Notes under the pieces: generated by a model
The model's input: only the letters and a program-made list of their open reading frames with translations
Told to the model about the DNA's origin: nothing
Databases searched by the model: none
Assembly (NCBI GenBank): GCA_963769935.1
Contig: CAVYNY010000014.1
Location: forward strand, 1 to 64,000
DNA: 64,000 nt
Direction: 5' to 3'
Source: an uncultured delta proteobacterium
Lineage (GTDB): Bacteria; Desulfobacterota; Desulfobacteria; Desulfobacterales; JAFDCJ01
Shown here: positions 60,030-64,000 of the stretch, one piece after another
Layout of the letters: each line of letters opens with the position of its first letter
Numbering within the stretch: the stretch's first letter is position 1
Translations under genes and position numbers: made by a program

Positions 60030-60494
60030 ATGCTTGACAGCCTCAAACACTTCTTCAACAAAGATGCCGGGGAAGAATCTCACAAGGGCGGCCGCCAGTC
60101 GGCGCACGATGTCCGCGTTGCAACCTGTGCGCTCTTTGTGGAGATGGCGCGCATTGACGACAAGTTTACGCCGGCGGAGACGGAAACGATCCTGTCCATT
60201 TTGCAGGCCAAATACGGCTTATCCCGGGAGCACGCCGATGCGCTGATGGCGGAAGCCGATCAGGAACTGGAGCAAAGCGTCGATCTCTGGCAATTTGCGA
60301 AACTGATCAATGATAATTATTCCATTGACGAAAAAATCGAGATCATCGAAACCCTCTGGCGAATGGTCTATGTCGATGGGAAAATGGACCGCTACGAGCA
60401 CTACCTGATGAACAAACTCAAAAATCTGCTGCGCCTTTCACACGACCAGTTGATCAACGCCAAGCTCAAAGTCCTTCACCCGAGCACCAAATAA
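60030..60494 (+). CDS. TerB family protein
   Basis: ATCALFVEMARID, DLWQFAKLIN, LWRMVYVDGKMDRYE. Confidence 0.88.
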   Translation: MLDSLKHFFNKDAGEESHKGGRQSAHDVRVATCALFVEMARIDDKFTPAETETILSILQAKYGLSREHADALMAEADQELEQSVDLWQFAKLINDNYSIDEKIEIIETLWRMVYVDGKMDRYEHYLMNKLKNLLRLSHDQLINAKLKVLHPSTK

Positions 60495-60536
60495 ACGGAA
60501 TCTGCACGCCTGACTCGGGCGTCTGTAAATTTTTTC

Positions 60537-60626
60537 ATCACGAAAGCACGAAAGATGGAAAACACGAAAAGGGACGAATTCGTTGATATTTTATTTCGTG
60601 CTTTCGTATTTTCGTGTTTTCGTGAT
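60537..60626. repeat. Palindromic element built from octamer micro-repeats (cacgaaar)
   Basis: Left arm atcacgaaagcacgaaagatggaaaacacgaaaa; right arm tttcgtgctttcgtattttcgtgttttcgtgat. Confidence 0.8.
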
Positions 60627-60963
60627 TCGCCTTTATTTTTTAAGTTTATTTCATGAATAACCCGGTCGCTGCGCGTCTGAGTCAATGGCTGAAAATTGCC
60701 AAAATTAAGCAATTTTACAGACTGTCTCGCACCAAGGCCGCATCCACATATTTCATTGCGGCCCGAATTGTGGTTTCAAGCATTCGGATTCTCCCAATTG
60801 CAAAAATAGTTGAAATCAGATTGACATGACCTGAAATGTAATCATCTTGACTTAAAAATCTAATTTTTATATTTGATCAAACTGATAGAATCAAGCTGTC
60901 GCCAAACCGGTATCGGCTGATGGCGCCGAACCGGAATACTACCGATAACAGAAAGGATATTCA

Positions 60964-61770
60964 ATGCGTATTGCGCGATTTATTGATGACAAGGGGCAGA
61001 TCCGTTATGGCCGCAACTATAATAACGGCGCCGCCGAATTGCTGGAGGGGGATTTATTCGCCGGGCTTAAGGAAACCGGTACTCTCTGCAGCGTCAAAAA
61101 GCTTCTGGCTCCCGTGGCGCCGCCCGCTGTATTCGGCATTGGTCTGAATTATCATAAACATGCCCGGGAAACCGGCATGGAATCCCCCAAATATCCGGTG
61201 CTGTTCATGAAGAATCCGGCTGCGGTTGCCAATCCCGGCGATCCGATCCTGCTGCACCCCTCCTGTATGGAGCCGCCGGAGGTGGACTATGAGACTGAAC
61301 TGGCGGTGGTCATCGGCCGGACAACCAAAGATGTTTCCGCCGCCGAGGCTTTAAATTTTGTGCTCGGATACACGGCGGCCAACGATGTTTCCGCCCGGCG
61401 CTGGCAGGGAAAACGGGGAGCGGGACAATGGGTGCGCGGCAAAAGTTTTGACACTTTCTGCCCGTTGGGACCGGAGCTGGTGACAACCGATGAGCTTGCC
61501 GATCCTCAAAATCTGCGCCTGACCTGTGTGCTCAACGGCAAGGTTATGCAGGATGCCAATACATCTGATATGATTTTCCCGGTCGCTGAATTGGTTGCTT
61601 TTCTTTCCATCGGTACCACCCTGCTGCCCGGATCGGTAATTCTTACCGGAACGCCCAGCGGTGTTGGATTCACCCGCAAACCACCGGTTTTTCTGATGCC
61701 CGGCGATACCGTTGCGGTAACGGTCGAAGGGATCGGGACCCTGAGCAATCCGGTTGCGCTTCAGGAATAG
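60964..61770 (+). CDS. Fumarylacetoacetate hydrolase family protein (second paralog)
   Basis: IGLNY..H, FMKNP, VDYETEL, NDVSAR.WQ, GKSFDTFCPLGP, ILTGTPSGVG. Confidence 0.93.
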   Translation: MRIARFIDDKGQIRYGRNYNNGAAELLEGDLFAGLKETGTLCSVKKLLAPVAPPAVFGIGLNYHKHARETGMESPKYPVLFMKNPAAVANPGDPILLHPSCMEPPEVDYETELAVVIGRTTKDVSAAEALNFVLGYTAANDVSARRWQGKRGAGQWVRGKSFDTFCPLGPELVTTDELADPQNLRLTCVLNGKVMQDANTSDMIFPVAELVAFLSIGTTLLPGSVILTGTPSGVGFTRKPPVFLMPGDTVAVTVEGIGTLSNPVALQE

Positions 61771-61847
61771 GAGCGCTGACATCAAAGATCCCGGGGGGTA
61801 ACCGGCATTGATTTTTGACTTCGCACAGGAGGCGGCGATCTTTAGAC

Positions 61848-61990
61848 ATGGAACGATGGAAGGATGGAATAATGGAATATTGGGTTTAAAAAGGTCCGCC
61901 GCGTATTAATCTCTGATCCGGGAGCTGTATCGAAAAAAGATTTCATCCTTGTGAACCCATAATTCCAACACTCCAATATTCCATCATTCC
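61848..61990. repeat. Palindromic element built from octamer micro-repeats (atggaata)
   Basis: atggaacg atggaagg atggaata atggaata ttgggtt ... aacccat aattccaa cactccaa tattccat cattcc. Confidence 0.8.
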
Positions 61991-62163
61991 GCGGCGCTTG
62001 TTTTCGACATAGACGATTTACTCTGACCATACCCGGAAGACCAGATCTCCCAATTTGGGAAAAAAATGGTCTGCACTTGCTGCCGCAGCGGCAGGACGGT
62101 CCAAAGTGCAGACCTTTTGGGTTTGATGGTTATGGGCAGGCGAAAAATTGACGCGGGTTTAAA

Positions 62164-62436
62164 CTAGCAGGCTTTTGGCTGCCCGCCGCCGACAACCGAA
62201 TCGATAATCCCCTGCACCTTGAGATGGAATTCCATCGAATTGGTAAAATCCTTCAACACCTGCTGCCAGGTGAATCCACGCTCGACTTTATCCAGCCAGG
62301 TGTCGAATTCTTCTCTGGTCGTTATAGCGCGCAGCATGTCGTTGTATAGTTCTTCCAGAAATTCACGATCGGTTTTGTCCCTCATAATGAACTCCTCGCT
62401 TTGCATGAATTTCAGGCACAAGACGTAAAGGCTCAA
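62164..62436 (-). CDS. DUF4214-like single domain (probable fragment)
   Basis: FMQSEEF...TDREFLEELYNDML...WLDKVERG.TWQQVLKDFTNSMEF. Confidence 0.55.
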   Translation of the reverse strand: MSLYVLCLKFMQSEEFIMRDKTDREFLEELYNDMLRAITTREEFDTWLDKVERGFTWQQVLKDFTNSMEFHLKVQGIIDSVVGGGQPKAC

Positions 62437-62790
62437 TCGATGGAGATTTCGGCAGTCCGGAAAGTATCAGGCTTCCGGCGGCATAAGTTTAACCGGGTAC
62501 AGTTGCTGGGTTCAGGGCCTTCCGCAACACTTGTAGCTGATGATTAGTCATAGCATGCGAAAAAAGTCGTTTCAAGAAGAAAAACTCAAATAAATCAATT
62601 AGTTGTTAAACTAACCTTAATTGCTGATTTTACGGCATCCGATAAATCGGTAAAATTCGCTAAGATTGATTCAGAAAAAATTGGCCGGGGCCTCACGCCA
62701 TCCGACTTGAAACAGCAAATATCACCCCCTTGGGCCTATATTCGATCGAATGTATACAGGTTATTCAGCGCGGCCTTACCGGCCGGCATA

Positions 62791-64000
62791 TCAACCGGCC
62801 AGCTCTTTCTCACCTTTAAGCTTCAGCTTTTCAAGGGCCGCTAATGTCTTATCCTGTAATTTTGGAACCTTATGGGTTTCCAGGATCTCTTTTACTTTTG
62901 TCTGCACCCGCACGCTCATATCCTTGGCCCCCTGTTGGCGCCAGGCGTCGTACGAATGCCGGCTCAATAAAGATGGCATCCAGAGTTCATCCCGAAAATG
63001 GCGAAAGGTATGCTCCTGCTGGATAAAATTTCCACCGGGCCCGACTTTTTGAACGACGTCCCGGGCCAATGTTTCCGGATTCACCTCTATACCGCGGATA
63101 AATCGCTTCGCCATGCCGACCACTTCATTGCCCATAACCAGCATCTCGGCCGAACAAATCATCCCCCCATCCATATAGCCGACATCGTGGATTAAATTCA
63201 ATCCGCCCAGCCCCTGGGCCAGGATGGAAAATGCACTTTCAATTCCGGCCTGCGCATCCAGAACCTTGGAGTCGGTGGCACCGGCCAGCCCCCAGGTAGG
63301 CAGCCCGAAAGATTGGGCCACCTCTGCCTGGGCTGCAAGTCCCAGGCTCATCTCCGGCGCAGCAATGGTCATGCGGGTGGTGGACATATCAAAGCCGGAA
63401 ACATTGGCGCCGAGGAAGCACGGAGTGCCGGTTCGGCGCAGTTGCGCCAAGGTCAGACACAGGAGACCTTCTGCGATTGCCAGGGCTACGGCTCCGGCCA
63501 GTGTAACGGGTGCGGTTGCTCCCATCTGCTGGCTGGGCCCGGGGATTTGCGGCATGCCCAAATCGGCTGCAATAAAAATTCGGTCCACGACTTCGACCGG
63601 AAAAACCAACGGTGTGATCGGTTCGGGATAAGCGATCAGAAAGGGGTGCTCTCTTAATTCCTCCATGCCGCCGGCGACCTCCGCCGCCATCTCGTAAACC
63701 AGTTCAAAACCCCGCTTGGAATAACCGATAAATACAATCGGTTTTGTAGTATTTGTAACCACGGCTTCAAATTCGTGCAAATCAGCTGCGAGTCCGGGCA
63801 CATCCTGGCAAGACCCCATGGGCATCACCCAATCTATGTCGGGCAGTGCATCTGCAATCAGTGCGCCGCGGGCGATATCGATCACGCGGGTCTCATGAAC
63901 TTCACCTGTTAAAGCGTCCTTTGTTCTGGGACTGGCCGTGGAAGTGCCATAATAGCTTTTGCGACCCTCCACCTCCAGGGCGCGTTTTTTATTTCTATCA
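62791..64000 (-). CDS. Trimethylamine methyltransferase (MttB) superfamily, non-pyrrolysine; 5' end outside the window
   Basis: NTTKPI, EPITPL, MGATAPVTLAGAVA, GATDSKVLDAQAG.ES, NLIHDVGY, VGPGGNF. The frame is open to the window edge. Confidence 0.92.
   Translation of the reverse strand, partial: DRNKKRALEVEGRKSYYGTSTASPRTKDALTGEVHETRVIDIARGALIADALPDIDWVMPMGSCQDVPGLAADLHEFEAVVTNTTKPIVFIGYSKRGFELVYEMAAEVAGGMEELREHPFLIAYPEPITPLVFPVEVVDRIFIAADLGMPQIPGPSQQMGATAPVTLAGAVALAIAEGLLCLTLAQLRRTGTPCFLGANVSGFDMSTTRMTIAAPEMSLGLAAQAEVAQSFGLPTWGLAGATDSKVLDAQAGIESAFSILAQGLGGLNLIHDVGYMDGGMICSAEMLVMGNEVVGMAKRFIRGIEVNPETLARDVVQKVGPGGNFIQQEHTFRHFRDELWMPSLLSRHSYDAWRQQGAKDMSVRVQTKVKEILETHKVPKLQDKTLAALEKLKLKGEKELAG

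Noticed and set aside
60030..60494. TerB as part of a tellurite-resistance or anti-phage ter operon
   Set aside because: It is solitary, with no other ter genes in the window.
60537..61990. Micro-repeat arrays as CRISPR
   Set aside because: Units are 7-8 bp with no unique spacers of 25-45 bp, and there are no cas genes.

Overview
This is a gene-dense chromosomal window from a moderately GC-rich bacterium. The gene content and repeat style suggest a deltaproteobacterium such as Desulfobacterales; this is inference, since no rRNA marker is present. It holds about 55 mostly unlinked housekeeping and accessory genes. These include a translation/ribosome-maturation stretch (DeaD, Uup-type ABC-F, RF3, short DarP/YjgA, RlmL-like methyltransferase, RRM protein), an E. 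coli-type PurF, a hybrid sensor kinase, UPF0182, MscS, catabolic enzymes, a GH84-like lipoprotein, an orphan ketosynthase with a large insert and a partial non-pyrrolysine MttB. I found no rRNA, tRNA, CRISPR array, prophage or intact transposase. Signals not explained by the ORF track: (1) a peroxiredoxin (BCP) with UGA at the peroxidatic position and a SECIS-like hairpin, likely a selenoprotein; (2) three 'collapsed' genes in which only the first codons and the C-terminal part survive (SurE, a flavodoxin-like FMN reductase, a four-helix-bundle protein); (3) intergenic 7-8 bp micro-repeat palindromes, a MITE-like element and a dispersed REP-like repeat; (4) a near-consensus sigma70 promoter with a ~250 nt leader carrying two terminator-like hairpins before the RRM gene; (5) two unusual candidate c-di-GMP effectors (a tandem zinc-ribbon-PilZ fusion and RemA with an ERR-repeat tail); (6) a membrane NERD protein lacking its catalytic residues next to a dual-FHA protein; (7) a doubly frameshifted FecR/DUF6600 gene; (8) two 51-aa proteins below the ORF cutoff. 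No single clearly delimited novel multi-gene system could be established. All family calls are by motif recognition, not database search.
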